Source: Gemmatimonadales bacterium (GTDB taxonomy: Bacteria > Gemmatimonadota > Gemmatimonadetes > Gemmatimonadales > GWC2-71-9). From it: a stretch of DNA of 64,000 nucleotides. Under the pieces are notes generated by a model. It had not been told where the DNA came from, searched no databases, and worked only from the letters and a program-made list of their open reading frames with translations. The translations under genes were made by a program, and so were the position numbers. Location of the stretch: NCBI GenBank assembly GCA_965250155.1, contig OZ252291.1:708583-772582 (forward strand), given 5' to 3'. Below are positions 36,991 to 46,286 of the stretch, piece by piece (position 1 is the first letter of the stretch; each line of letters starts with the position of its first letter).

Positions 36991-38546
36991 TGGGTCCTCA
37001 CTCCGAAAACCTGCCACGCCTCGTTCATTCGCCTCACCGAGATCCGCGACGCCGCATCGCGATCGCTCACGGTCTCCCTGAGCAGCGTGATCTGTGGTGC
37101 AGCCGTCGGGGATGTGTGTACCCGGTACCACCCGGTCGACTGCAGCACGAAGCTCCGTGTCTTGCCCGGTTCCGCCGGAGGCAAGTCGAACTGCAACTCC
37201 ACATAGTCCCCCGTTTCCATAACAAGTTCGCGCTCATCGACGGCAGCGAGCAGATGCCGTACGTCACGCCCCGCATGATCGATGGCCCGCGTTGCGTTGA
37301 TTTCTTGCACCGTGAGTGGCTGCGACGTCGTGTAGTCCAACGCGACCTGGTCTATGAGCCAGAAAGACGGAGCGGACTCGAGCCGCACCCTCACCGTGTC
37401 GCCGCGCACCCGCCACAGATCCAGAGGAAACACCTGCCGCTTGGCGATCTCCGGCCCCACCTCCCAGACGTATCCCTGGTGTTCCCAACCTGCAGCGGTG
37501 TGCATGGAAACACCGAGGAACCCGGTATGCGCCGCCAGCGATGCAAACTGCTGCCGGAATCGGGGCTGTGTGTCGAGGGAGTCGTACCAGGCGTCCGTAG
37601 CAGTTCCGTGGGCCTCGACAAGCTCGGTCAACATGTAGGATGCCCAAGTCGTGTTCCGCCCGTCGATGACCAACTTCCCCGTATTCACGCCTGCCGGGCG
37701 CACGAAGCTGAGCACCAGACCGTCACGAACGTCTTCAGCCCGGTCGGGGCTTCGACCGAATGGCGCCGACTGCCAGTTCAGCCCGTCTGCAGCAGCAACC
37801 AGCTGGAGCACATCGCCTCCTCGAAAGTCGCTGGCGCCAAGTGGAGTTTGCAACTTGCCGAGACTGTGTAGGTTGCCGTCACCGTCCGGCGCAACTGTGA
37901 CGTCCGGATCGTGATCCACCACGAGCACAGAGAGGGCGTCCACGTGGTCGGTCTCGTCGAGTTCATTGGCGAGTTTGAGGCGCAACCTACCGCCGTCCGA
38001 AGCGGCGTATACGAGGTTGTCCACGTCGGTACGCGTGGCGGCCCGTGTGATCGCACCGCCGAATGTTCCGGAATCCAACCGCCAGGCTTCACCATCCCAG
38101 CTATAGACCAGTGGGCATGAGACGTACTCACCCCCCCCACCCGAACTCGTGCGTCGTGGCGGGGGGTCGTCTTGAGCAGCTGCGGCAACTGCGGCCGCAA
38201 CGGCCAGGCCTGCGATTCCCAAGCCTACGACTAGCGCCGTCGTTTTTCCATCGTCGATCCCCCGAGTCTCGACGATGCGGATGTCGTCTAGCGCCACCGC
38301 CGCGAAGAAACGCCTCGAGCCCGGGCGGGTTCCCACAATGCTGTCGCCCACGATGCGCGGGTTCGTAATCTCAACACGCGATCCGTCCAGCCGGGTGAGC
38401 CTGATTCGTTTCGGATGCTCGTCCAGGATCACGGCTTGCGCCGGGAATGATTGAGCGCGCCAGGTGGTGCAGGCGGGCAGATAGAGCACAAACAGTGCCA
38501 ATGCAACGCCTCGCACGAACGGCGCACGTTTTCTGAATACAGTCAT
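36987..38546 (-). CDS. hypothetical lipoprotein (519 aa)
   Basis: Lipobox LYLPACT, one internal hydrophobic helix (ALVVGLGIAGLAVAAAVAAAA) and motif SCPLVYSWDGEAW. No family recognised. Confidence 0.6.
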   Translation of the reverse strand: MTVFRKRAPFVRGVALALFVLYLPACTTWRAQSFPAQAVILDEHPKRIRLTRLDGSRVEITNPRIVGDSIVGTRPGSRRFFAAVALDDIRIVETRGIDDGKTTALVVGLGIAGLAVAAAVAAAAQDDPPPRRTSSGGGGEYVSCPLVYSWDGEAWRLDSGTFGGAITRAATRTDVDNLVYAASDGGRLRLKLANELDETDHVDALSVLVVDHDPDVTVAPDGDGNLHSLGKLQTPLGASDFRGGDVLQLVAAADGLNWQSAPFGRSPDRAEDVRDGLVLSFVRPAGVNTGKLVIDGRNTTWASYMLTELVEAHGTATDAWYDSLDTQPRFRQQFASLAAHTGFLGVSMHTAAGWEHQGYVWEVGPEIAKRQVFPLDLWRVRGDTVRVRLESAPSFWLIDQVALDYTTSQPLTVQEINATRAIDHAGRDVRHLLAAVDERELVMETGDYVELQFDLPPAEPGKTRSFVLQSTGWYRVHTSPTAAPQITLLRETVSDRDAASRISVRRMNEAWQVFGVRTQ

Positions 38547-38643
38547 GAGAGACTCCTGTGTCGCGGGAGGTAGCCAAGGCTACACAGGGGTCGTCAAGGG
38601 AACGTCAAGCGGCGGACGGGAGCGCGGAAGCGCAACGTTGCCG

Positions 38644-38832
38644 CTAGCGCCTCAGAAACCGCTTCAGATTCCGCAGGTAGTAGCTCAACCCAAGCGCCGC
38701 AATGCCGAACGAGATTCCCAGAACGAGCAGCGCCACGCTGCCGTTGCCCCAGAACGCCAACAGCATCCAAACGCCGAGTCCGGCGCAGAAGAAAATGGCC
38801 GTTGCGATGAGGAAGCGGTGAAAGCCGATCAT
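38644..38832 (-). CDS. small two-TM membrane protein
   Basis: 62 aa with two hydrophobic helices. ATGA overlap with the ctaB stop. Confidence 0.5.
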   Translation of the reverse strand: MIGFHRFLIATAIFFCAGLGVWMLLAFWGNGSVALLVLGISFGIAALGLSYYLRNLKRFLRR

Positions 38833-39701
38833 ATGCGCGATCCCATGAGGATCAGGAGCAAGGGCAAGTAGGCTAGGGAGTATGTGAAGACACGGCGTGC
38901 TTTCGCCATGGTACAGTGCCTCACGGCGGAGAAACTGGCGTACAGAAAGGCACCGGACAGCGCCATCGCCCCCACGAAGTACGCCGTACCGGCCATGCCC
39001 ACGATCGTCGGGGTGAGGCTCACCGGCACGAGCGCGGCAGCGTAGAGTGTGGAGTACCCGAAGGTCATGCGGCCGTCCGGATCCCCCACGCTCAAGATCT
39101 TGAATCCGGCGCGGGCATAGTCGTCACGATACATCCAAGCGAGGGCCAGGAAGTGGGGCAGCTGCCACAGAAAGAGGATCCAGAACAGCACCCAGACCTC
39201 ACCGCTCAACGTTCCCCGCACCGCCGTCCACCCACCAACGATCGGCAAGGCCCCCGGCACTGCCCCCACGAGTGTCGCTATCGACGTGCGCTTTTTCAGG
39301 GGCGTATACACGAAGGCGTACGACATCAGAGTGGCCGCTGCGATACCGGCGGTGAGGATGTTGGCGAAAGCACCCAGATACGCCACACCAGCTACCCCCG
39401 TCACCCAGGCAAAGGCACTCGCCGCCGCCACACTGAGGCGTCCCGCCGGGACCGGCCGGCCTCGGGTCCGGTGCATGAGGGCATCGGCCTCCCGCTCGCT
39501 AACCTGGTTGAGGGCGTTTGTGCCCGATGCGACCAGCACCGTTCCCACCAGCACGTGGAACAACACCATAGCCTGGTGCGCCTCCGGCCCCGCGAGCCAG
39601 AATCCCGCCGCGGCCGTGAGCATCACCATTACCACGATCCTGGGCTTTGCCAACTCGGCAAAGTCATGAAGCTGGAATCTGTCTAAAGAAAGCTTTACCA
39701 A
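38829..39701 (-). CDS. ctaB: protoheme IX farnesyltransferase (heme O synthase)
   Basis: UbiA-family motifs NALNQVSEREADALMHRTRGRP and YRDDYARAG in a multi-TM protein. Confidence 0.9.
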   Translation of the reverse strand: MVKLSLDRFQLHDFAELAKPRIVVMVMLTAAAGFWLAGPEAHQAMVLFHVLVGTVLVASGTNALNQVSEREADALMHRTRGRPVPAGRLSVAAASAFAWVTGVAGVAYLGAFANILTAGIAAATLMSYAFVYTPLKKRTSIATLVGAVPGALPIVGGWTAVRGTLSGEVWVLFWILFLWQLPHFLALAWMYRDDYARAGFKILSVGDPDGRMTFGYSTLYAAALVPVSLTPTIVGMAGTAYFVGAMALSGAFLYASFSAVRHCTMAKARRVFTYSLAYLPLLLILMGSRI

Positions 39702-39973
39702 ACGTACTCCGTGAGCACGGCCACTATTATGACGATAGTTAACGGCAAAGGCGCAATGGCGAATATCCGCATCCTGTTGCCCTCAAACTTCAAATGCATG
39801 AAGTACAGCGCTACCAGGAGCGCCTTCCAGATGGCAAGCACGAGCAGGACGAGCAGCTGAATCTCCTTCGACCAGGGGAGGAAAGCCACTCCCAGCTCGA
39901 CGACGGTGAGCACCAACAGATAGGCCCAAATCGTCCAATACTTCGGTTGTGTGTGCGCCACTCCGTCGGACAT
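39695..39973 (-). CDS. cytochrome c oxidase subunit IV family protein
   Basis: 92 aa from MSDGVAHTQPKYW, with three TM helices and the pattern YFMHLKFE. Confidence 0.7.
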   Translation of the reverse strand: MSDGVAHTQPKYWTIWAYLLVLTVVELGVAFLPWSKEIQLLVLLVLAIWKALLVALYFMHLKFEGNRMRIFAIAPLPLTIVIIVAVLTEYVW

Positions 39974-39990
39974 AGATCCTCCCAGCCTGC

Positions 39991-40650
39991 TCAAACGAGA
40001 TAGACGATGGTGAACAAGATTATCCAGACCAGATCCACGAAGTGCCAATACAGGCCGACCACCTCAACTCCGCGATGATCTTCCTTCGTATACGCGCCTC
40101 TGTAGGCCTTCCAAGTCACAAAGCTCATGCAGATGACGCCCATGGTGACGTGAAAGCCATGGAATCCCGTCATGGTGTAGAACGACGAGCCGTAGACCCC
40201 CACAGACACCGGCAACAAGCCTTCGGCCGCTCGCTCCGCCAGCTCGCTCCCGGGACCGTACCCCGAAGGCAAGAATCCCGCGTGAACGAGATGGGTGTAC
40301 TCGTAGACCTGCACGCCGACGAAGGCCGCACCGATCGCAACGGTGGCCAGCAGGTACAGTTTGAGGAGGCGCTGGTCGCCGTCTTGAATCGCGGCGAACG
40401 CCTTCACCATCGTCACGCTGCTACAGATCAGGAGGAACGTGTTGACCGCAGTGAGCGGAACGTTGAGGATCTGTCCCGGAGCGCCCCACTGCTCGGGGCT
40501 GCCGAAGCGCAGAATGATGTACGATCCGATCAGGGCCGTGAAGAACAGCACTTCCGACCCCAGGAAGACCCACATGCCCAGCTTCTCGCTGTAGACATCC
40601 GCGCCGATCTCGCGTCGGGCCGGTGGACTCATCAAGGCAGGGTGAGCCAT
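39991..40650 (-). CDS. ctaE: cytochrome c oxidase subunit III
   Basis: Motifs FLGSEVLFF, TGFHGFHVTMG and YWHFVDLVWI. Confidence 0.9.
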   Translation of the reverse strand: MAHPALMSPPARREIGADVYSEKLGMWVFLGSEVLFFTALIGSYIILRFGSPEQWGAPGQILNVPLTAVNTFLLICSSVTMVKAFAAIQDGDQRLLKLYLLATVAIGAAFVGVQVYEYTHLVHAGFLPSGYGPGSELAERAAEGLLPVSVGVYGSSFYTMTGFHGFHVTMGVICMSFVTWKAYRGAYTKEDHRGVEVVGLYWHFVDLVWIILFTIVYLV

Positions 40651-40664
40651 ATTTCTCGTCCCTC

Positions 40665-42425
40665 CTATGCGCCGGCCGCAGCCGAATCGACGTCAGATAC
40701 CAGCTTGCGGGTTTGCGGGAGGAAGTCCTCCTCCACCAGCGGCGAGCTGTACTCGTAGGGACCGCGATACACCGTCGGTACCTTGGCAAAGTTGCCATGG
40801 GGCGGCGGAGAGGGAACCGTCCATTCCAGCCCGTTGGCATCCCACGGGTTCTCGGCAGCCTTCTCGCCCTTGAACCAGCTCATGATGAAATTCACCACGA
40901 ACAGTATTTGCACAATCAACAGCAACAACGCACTCACCGTAATGAACCTGTTGAGCGGGGCGAGCGACTGTAGGAATTCGTATTGCGAGGGGTCGTAAAT
41001 GCGTCGCATGTGTCCGCTGATGCCTAGATTGTGCATCGGGAAGAACGTCAGGTTGTAGAAAAGGAAAGTCAGCCAGAAATGGATCTTGCCCAGGGTGGCG
41101 TTCATCATCCGGCCGAACATCTTCGGGTACCAATATGTCACCGCCGCAAAGATGGCGAAGAGGCTTCCGCCGAACAGTACGTAGTGGATATGAGCCACGA
41201 TGAAGTAGGTATCGTGGATGTAGATGTCCACAGGCGTGGCAGCCATGAAGATTCCGCTCAGGCCGCCAATCACGAACATCGCCACAAACCCGACCGCGTG
41301 GAGCATCGGTACGTGGAAGCGAATGTTCCCCCGCCACATCGTTCCCATCCAATTGAACACCTTGATAGCCGACGGCACCGCGATGATCATGGTGGATATC
41401 ATGAACGTCATGCCCAACGTGGGATTCATGCCGCTCTGGAACATGTGGTGGCCCCACACGACCCATCCCAGAAAGGCGATGGAGATGAGCGCGAACACCA
41501 TCGAGTAGTAACCGAACACCGGCTTGCGCGATCCGTTCGCAATGATGTCCGAGACCATGCCCATCGCCGGCAGGATGAGGATGTAGACCTCAGGGTGCCC
41601 GAAGTACCAGAACAGGTGTTGCCAGAGGATCACTTGGCCGCCGTCCGTCCAATCAAAGAAGTGCGTCCCGATAGTCTGGTCGAAGAAGAGCATGATCGCC
41701 GCCCCCGAGAGGATGGGGATGGCAAGCAGCACAAGGATCGCCGTGACGAAGAGTGACCAGATCGACAGTGGCATCCTGAACCAGGTCATCCCGGGAGCCC
41801 GCAGGTTTACCACCGTCGTGATGTAGTTCACGGCACCCAAGATCGACGCTAGACCGAGGATCGCCAGGCTCAGCAGCCAGATTTGTTGTCCCCCCCTTAC
41901 GCCGGTCCATTCGGGATCCGCGCTGAGCGGCGCGTACGCCGTCCAGCCCGCAGCCGCGTGGCCGCCTTCGACGAAGAAGCCTGCCATCATCAAGATCCCG
42001 GCAGAGAAGGCAATCCAGAACGACGCCATATTGAGTCGCGGAAATGCCATGTCCGGCGCGCCGATCTTGAGTGGGATCAAGAAATTCCCGAACACGCCGA
42101 CCAGCAGCGGCATGATGGCGAAGAACACCATGATCGTGCCGTGCATAGTGACCAGCGAGTTATAGAATTCGGGAAGCAGGATCCCGTCGGGCGCCATGGT
42201 CTCGGGAAGCAGCTGCCCCGCCGGGAGCGGCCGGTCCGGAAATCCGAGTTGCCATCGGATCATCATCGCCATCAACCCGCCGAACAGCAGGAACACAAAG
42301 CTCATCAGCAGGAATTGAATGCCGATGATCTTGTGGTCGGTCGAGAAGATGTACTTTCGCAGGAAAGATAGCTCGTGGGCTTCCACGTGCGCTGCGGGTT
42401 CCAAAGAAACCGCGGAAGTCGCCAT
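40665..42425 (-). CDS. ctaD: cytochrome c oxidase subunit I
   Basis: Motifs WYFGHPEVYILILP, GHHMF, FVIGGLSG and VAHIHYVLFGG. Confidence 0.95.
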   Translation of the reverse strand: MATSAVSLEPAAHVEAHELSFLRKYIFSTDHKIIGIQFLLMSFVFLLFGGLMAMMIRWQLGFPDRPLPAGQLLPETMAPDGILLPEFYNSLVTMHGTIMVFFAIMPLLVGVFGNFLIPLKIGAPDMAFPRLNMASFWIAFSAGILMMAGFFVEGGHAAAGWTAYAPLSADPEWTGVRGGQQIWLLSLAILGLASILGAVNYITTVVNLRAPGMTWFRMPLSIWSLFVTAILVLLAIPILSGAAIMLFFDQTIGTHFFDWTDGGQVILWQHLFWYFGHPEVYILILPAMGMVSDIIANGSRKPVFGYYSMVFALISIAFLGWVVWGHHMFQSGMNPTLGMTFMISTMIIAVPSAIKVFNWMGTMWRGNIRFHVPMLHAVGFVAMFVIGGLSGIFMAATPVDIYIHDTYFIVAHIHYVLFGGSLFAIFAAVTYWYPKMFGRMMNATLGKIHFWLTFLFYNLTFFPMHNLGISGHMRRIYDPSQYEFLQSLAPLNRFITVSALLLLIVQILFVVNFIMSWFKGEKAAENPWDANGLEWTVPSPPPHGNFAKVPTVYRGPYEYSSPLVEEDFLPQTRKLVSDVDSAAAGA

Positions 42426-42459
42426 TGTTATTCCTTACGTCGAAGTGTTCTTACCCTCG

Positions 42460-43134
42460 CTACTCCTCGTCGGCCGCCACGGTCCTGTCCGACAGCCACT
42501 GTTGGTAATCTTCCGCCAAGTGGACGATCACCCTGGCCCGCATGAGATAGTGACCCAGACCGCACAGCTCGGCACAAGCAATCTCGTACTCCCCTACTTC
42601 CGTCGCTTCGAACCACACCTTGATGTCCATACCCGGCACCGCGTCCTGCTTGACGCGGAACGCAGGGACGAAGAATGAGTGTATCACGTCTTCGGCAATC
42701 AGCTGCAGCTCCACAGGCCGGTTCACCGGAATGTGAAGCTGGTTTCTCAGCGTGAAATCGTCGCCGGTCCCGAGCTGCCCATCGGGACCCCGATAAGTGA
42801 AGTTCCACTCGAACTGCTTGGCATGGACTTCGTACGGGATGGCGTTCGGCGGAATGCTGTTCCGGCCCCTGACGTGATTCCACACCCCGCCGCTCATGAG
42901 TCCGATGATTACCAGCGTCACAGCCGGAACCGCAGTCCAAACAATCTCGGCCCTTATGCTTCCTTCGATGTATTGGGCCTTGCGGCCCGGCCGGGCCCGA
43001 TACTTGATCGCGAACACAACCAGCCCGACTTCGACCACCACAAACGCTATACCGGTAATGACGAGAATGACGTAATACAAAAAATCGATATCACCGGCGA
43101 ACGTGGACGCACTGGATGGTAGAATCCAACTCAT
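42460..43134 (-). CDS. ctaC: cytochrome c oxidase subunit II (no fused cytochrome c domain)
   Basis: Two TM helices with CuA ligands VIHSFFVP and CAELCGLGHYLM. The protein ends about 30 aa after the CuA motif. Confidence 0.9.
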   Translation of the reverse strand: MSWILPSSASTFAGDIDFLYYVILVITGIAFVVVEVGLVVFAIKYRARPGRKAQYIEGSIRAEIVWTAVPAVTLVIIGLMSGGVWNHVRGRNSIPPNAIPYEVHAKQFEWNFTYRGPDGQLGTGDDFTLRNQLHIPVNRPVELQLIAEDVIHSFFVPAFRVKQDAVPGMDIKVWFEATEVGEYEIACAELCGLGHYLMRARVIVHLAEDYQQWLSDRTVAADEE

Positions 43135-43146
43135 GCCGGAATCTCC

Positions 43147-43902
43147 TCAGCCGCCGAACGTGAAGTGCAGACTCGCCGAGCCGTCAGCTGCCATCGTGAC
43201 TTCGCCCGACTGCGTACCGAACGTTTCGTGCCAGGCCTCGACCTGGTAGGTCCCCGCCGGCAACCCGCCGATGGTGAACGAGCCGTCGGCAGCAGATGTT
43301 GCGAAGTAGGGATGCTCCACCACGCCCACGTACGCGTTCATCCACCCGTGCACGTTGCACTCCATGGGAATCATGATTTCGGGCGTGGCGAAACTGCGCC
43401 GCGATGTCATTCCCACGCGCGGCTGGCTGATATTGAAGCCACGGTTTTCGGTCGGGACCGCCTTGATGTTGTGAAGCAGCGGGTCGCTGTTGGTGATTTC
43501 CAGAGTCTGGCCCACCATCACCCCCACCACTCGAGGCGAGTAGAGGCATCCGTTTTGGTCTATGGTTGCGGCTTCACTGGGCTCCGGATACGGCCCGCCG
43601 GGCAGTCCGCCCACGATGCGGATGAACACATTTGCCAATTTGCCGTCCGTCACCACCACAATCGGGTCCGTGGGTCCGTCGCTGTGTTTGGCGGCGCAAT
43701 CCGGTTCCTCTGCCATGTCGATGGCCGGGTTCGTTGGCACGCTGCCGGCAAAACTGATTACACCTGTGATACTGCTGTTACCCAGCGGCGCCGCAGATGC
43801 CGCGGCACCACCGCTCCCACCCGAGCCCCCGTCGCCCCCACCACACGCGAGAAACGCGAACAAGCACGAGGTTACCCAAAAACGTCGCATCTTTCCTCCC
43901 AA
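43147..43902 (-). CDS. cupredoxin-like (type 1 copper) lipoprotein with C-terminal carboxypeptidase-regulatory-like beta domain
   Basis: Lipobox FLACGGG. Putative ligands are LLHNI ... ECNVHGWM (C-x2-H-x2-M, as in amicyanin). The C-terminus ADGSFTIGGLPAGTYQVEAWHE fits the regulatory-like beta domain. Confidence 0.6.
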   Translation of the reverse strand: MGGKMRRFWVTSCLFAFLACGGGDGGSGGSGGAAASAAPLGNSSITGVISFAGSVPTNPAIDMAEEPDCAAKHSDGPTDPIVVVTDGKLANVFIRIVGGLPGGPYPEPSEAATIDQNGCLYSPRVVGVMVGQTLEITNSDPLLHNIKAVPTENRGFNISQPRVGMTSRRSFATPEIMIPMECNVHGWMNAYVGVVEHPYFATSAADGSFTIGGLPAGTYQVEAWHETFGTQSGEVTMAADGSASLHFTFGG

Positions 43903-43914
43903 TAGAGAACGATT

Positions 43915-45510
43915 CTATGCCCCGCGTTCCCGTCGCTGGGCGCGCCAGACGATGCCGAATCCAAGTCCTGCACTCAGCACAACAGCAACGATTGGTGCCA
44001 CAAACACGCGAGGCGGTGTCGGCACATCCAAATAGATCGCATACCAGGCACTGATCGAGCCGCGCACACCGTCCTCACCGGCGGTGCCGTCTGCGGCAAA
44101 GAAACCGATCGGCAACGGCTCACCCGGCGTGAATGGGACGGCACCGCTCGGGTCAGCCGGGGCCAACACCCGCATGAACTGCACCTGCCACTGGCCATCC
44201 GCAAATGTAGCCGAATGTGCAACCTGAGGCGCCCCGGCGATGGGCGCGAACGAACCCATTCCGGTAGCCGTGCCCTCTCGAACCCGATCCGGCGAGCTGG
44301 TCCACTGCCACATGTACACCGGGTGCCGCGGGTCGCCGCCCATAAAGAAGGGTAACTCCAATCCCTCGGGCGGGTCGAGCGGGAACTGAATTCCAATCCG
44401 GTCGGGACCCTGCTCCCCGACGTGGGGCGCATCGACATCTGGGAGCGTCTCGACGATGCCCTGGAAGAATGCGTCCCATTCCGGATCGGGACTTCGGGAC
44501 GGATCGTTCCACGTGAGCTTCACGGTCAGGTTCTGGTCGTCGTGCGCGGCTCGCACCCAAATGCCGTCCACCGTGGGCGCGAACCACCGTGGCTTGATAG
44601 TAATCTGACCGACCATCGGGATGTAATACGGTTCGACGTTGTCCCACAGCGGATCCTCCGGACCGGACGGCAACGCCCCGTCAAACCGCGCCGCACGCAC
44701 CACGTCGCGAGGCTGGGGCGCCTCGTCGGGCGAAAGACTCAGCACGTACTGCGCAACCCGCCAAAGCTGCTCGTCGGTAATGATTCCAGCGTCTATGACA
44801 TCACTGTTGGAGGGCATCGGTGTTCCATCCAACCCCGTCCGCATCCGGAGGTAGATGTCGTCGACCGTACCGCCGCCGTTGAAATTCCAGTTTTCCGAGA
44901 GATCGGCTGCCCGAACCGGGAACCCCCAGTCGTCGGTCAACTCCGGGGCGGAGTTCCCATCGCCGCGGCCCTCATCGCCATGGCAGCGGAGGCATTCCAG
45001 CTCATCCACAAACACGCGCCGCCCTTCCTCGAGGTCTGCTTCGGAGGGCCGCCCGGGCTTGCGCCCTACACTGATCGGCTCGGGCGGGGCGCCGTCGAAG
45101 AATCTCGAAAACGTCTTGATATACGCGATCACGTCATCCCGCTCGCCGCCGCTCAGCTTGTCAGCCCACCCCGGCATAGCCGTGCCAGGCATTCCATTGT
45201 CGATGACGGCGCGCATATCGTCATCCGTAGGCAACTCGCCGCTCGCAGTCGTTCTCACCTGGTAGACGGCCGTCGTGAAGTCGCGCGGTCGCGGCAACAT
45301 GAACGCCGCTGCCTCGCCGTCTCCGGCACCCGTGTCTCCGTGACACCCGGCGCACCATTTCTCGTAGAGCTGCTCGCCACGGTCTAGGTCTTGGGCAAGG
45401 ACGGAGGGGGGAGCAGGGAGGAGGAACGCCCCGGCCAGGAGCAGGAAGGCCGCGCACGGCAAGACTCCTCCCACCTCCCACCTCCCACCTCCCTTGACCG
45501 GCCGGATCAC
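43915..45510 (-). CDS. diheme cytochrome c fused to an ethylbenzene-dehydrogenase-gamma/DOMON-like (EB_dh) domain
   Basis: CAGCHG and CLRCHG, followed by IWVRAAHDDQNLTVKLTWND...DRIGIQFP. The GTG start at 45510 has AAGGAGAG upstream and overlaps the upstream stop (GTGA). Signal peptide ...SVLA/QDL. Confidence 0.7.
   Translation of the reverse strand: MIRPVKGGGRWEVGGVLPCAAFLLLAGAFLLPAPPSVLAQDLDRGEQLYEKWCAGCHGDTGAGDGEAAAFMLPRPRDFTTAVYQVRTTASGELPTDDDMRAVIDNGMPGTAMPGWADKLSGGERDDVIAYIKTFSRFFDGAPPEPISVGRKPGRPSEADLEEGRRVFVDELECLRCHGDEGRGDGNSAPELTDDWGFPVRAADLSENWNFNGGGTVDDIYLRMRTGLDGTPMPSNSDVIDAGIITDEQLWRVAQYVLSLSPDEAPQPRDVVRAARFDGALPSGPEDPLWDNVEPYYIPMVGQITIKPRWFAPTVDGIWVRAAHDDQNLTVKLTWNDPSRSPDPEWDAFFQGIVETLPDVDAPHVGEQGPDRIGIQFPLDPPEGLELPFFMGGDPRHPVYMWQWTSSPDRVREGTATGMGSFAPIAGAPQVAHSATFADGQWQVQFMRVLAPADPSGAVPFTPGEPLPIGFFAADGTAGEDGVRGSISAWYAIYLDVPTPPRVFVAPIVAVVLSAGLGFGIVWRAQRRERGA
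45467..45494. repeat. tandem heptamer CCTCCCA x3 plus one imperfect copy (TGGGAGG on the coding strand)
   Basis: Copies at 45467-73, 45474-80 and 45481-87, then CCTCCCT at 45488-94. It lies in codons 6-15 (KGGGRWEVGG) of the cytochrome gene. Confidence 0.9.
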
Positions 45511-46286
45511 TGCTCTCCTTCCACTTCCCACGTCCTCGGCTCCAACCCCGCCTGCTCGTAGATGAAGATGATCACGGACCAGATCTCGTCCTCGGTAAGG
45601 AAATCCTCCCACACCGGCATCGCCGAATTCCACGGCGTCCCTTCAGGCGGCAACCCCGGACCGCCCTTTGCTATGCGCCAGAAGAGGAAGCTCTCTTGCA
45701 GTTGATCGATCGTGCCTGCCTCGAACGCCAGCGGTGTCGGGTTGAAACCGTGGCCGAAGTGCCCTTGCCCGTCCAACAGATCGCCGTGACAAGGCAGGCA
45801 ATTCTGATAGTAGACCCGCCTTCCCTCCAAGTAATGCTCTTCCATGGAGCCGCGCGACCGCAGCGGGTTCTCCAGGCCGGCTAACTTGATAGTCTTATCG
45901 CCGAACCTGATGGTCGCAGGCGGCGCCGGGTGAATCGACCGCAGCTGAGCCGTCGAGCCCACTTTCGGCCGTGCCATGTTGAATGTCGCCAGCCCGATCA
46001 GCACTGAAATCGCCGCAAGCAATGCGCCTCGCAGCGCGCGCTTGTCCGCATCCACCAGCGTCGCCTGTATCGGCTCCTTGAACCTCTTCCAGCGCTCCTC
46101 GTTCTCGCTCACAAAGATGAGTATTCCCAGCAACGCAATGAGCATGTACTCCAACACCACGCTGTTCGGTACGGCGGCGCTCCCGGGAAACAACGGAATC
46201 CCATAATTGAAAAACAGAAATGCGCCAAGCGAAAGCGCGACCGCCTGACCGAACGGATGCTTCATCCAACCCAGGATTCTCTTCAC
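45507..46286 (-). CDS. membrane-anchored monoheme cytochrome c
   Basis: Three N-terminal hydrophobic helices, CLPCHG, and AMPVWEDFLTEDEIWSVIIFIY (class I cytochrome c C-terminal pattern). The GTG start overlaps the upstream TAG by 1 nt. Confidence 0.75.
   Translation of the reverse strand: MKRILGWMKHPFGQAVALSLGAFLFFNYGIPLFPGSAAVPNSVVLEYMLIALLGILIFVSENEERWKRFKEPIQATLVDADKRALRGALLAAISVLIGLATFNMARPKVGSTAQLRSIHPAPPATIRFGDKTIKLAGLENPLRSRGSMEEHYLEGRRVYYQNCLPCHGDLLDGQGHFGHGFNPTPLAFEAGTIDQLQESFLFWRIAKGGPGLPPEGTPWNSAMPVWEDFLTEDEIWSVIIFIYEQAGLEPRTWEVEGEQ

Noticed and set aside
36921-37871. 316-aa plus-strand ORF (and the similar 36433-37206 ORF)
   Set aside because: Both are antisense to the ketosynthase/lipoprotein pair. 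They have no motifs and the composition of a GC-rich reverse frame.
38644-43134. The cox gene string as a caa3-type oxidase
   Set aside because: Subunit II ends about 30 aa after the CuA motif and has no CXXCH. The oxidase is therefore called aa3-type with external donors.
44422-45387. 321-aa plus-strand ORF (and the similar 43165-43905 ORF)
   Set aside because: Both are antisense to the heme-motif-bearing cytochrome c gene and the cupredoxin gene. Both are Arg/His-rich with no domains.
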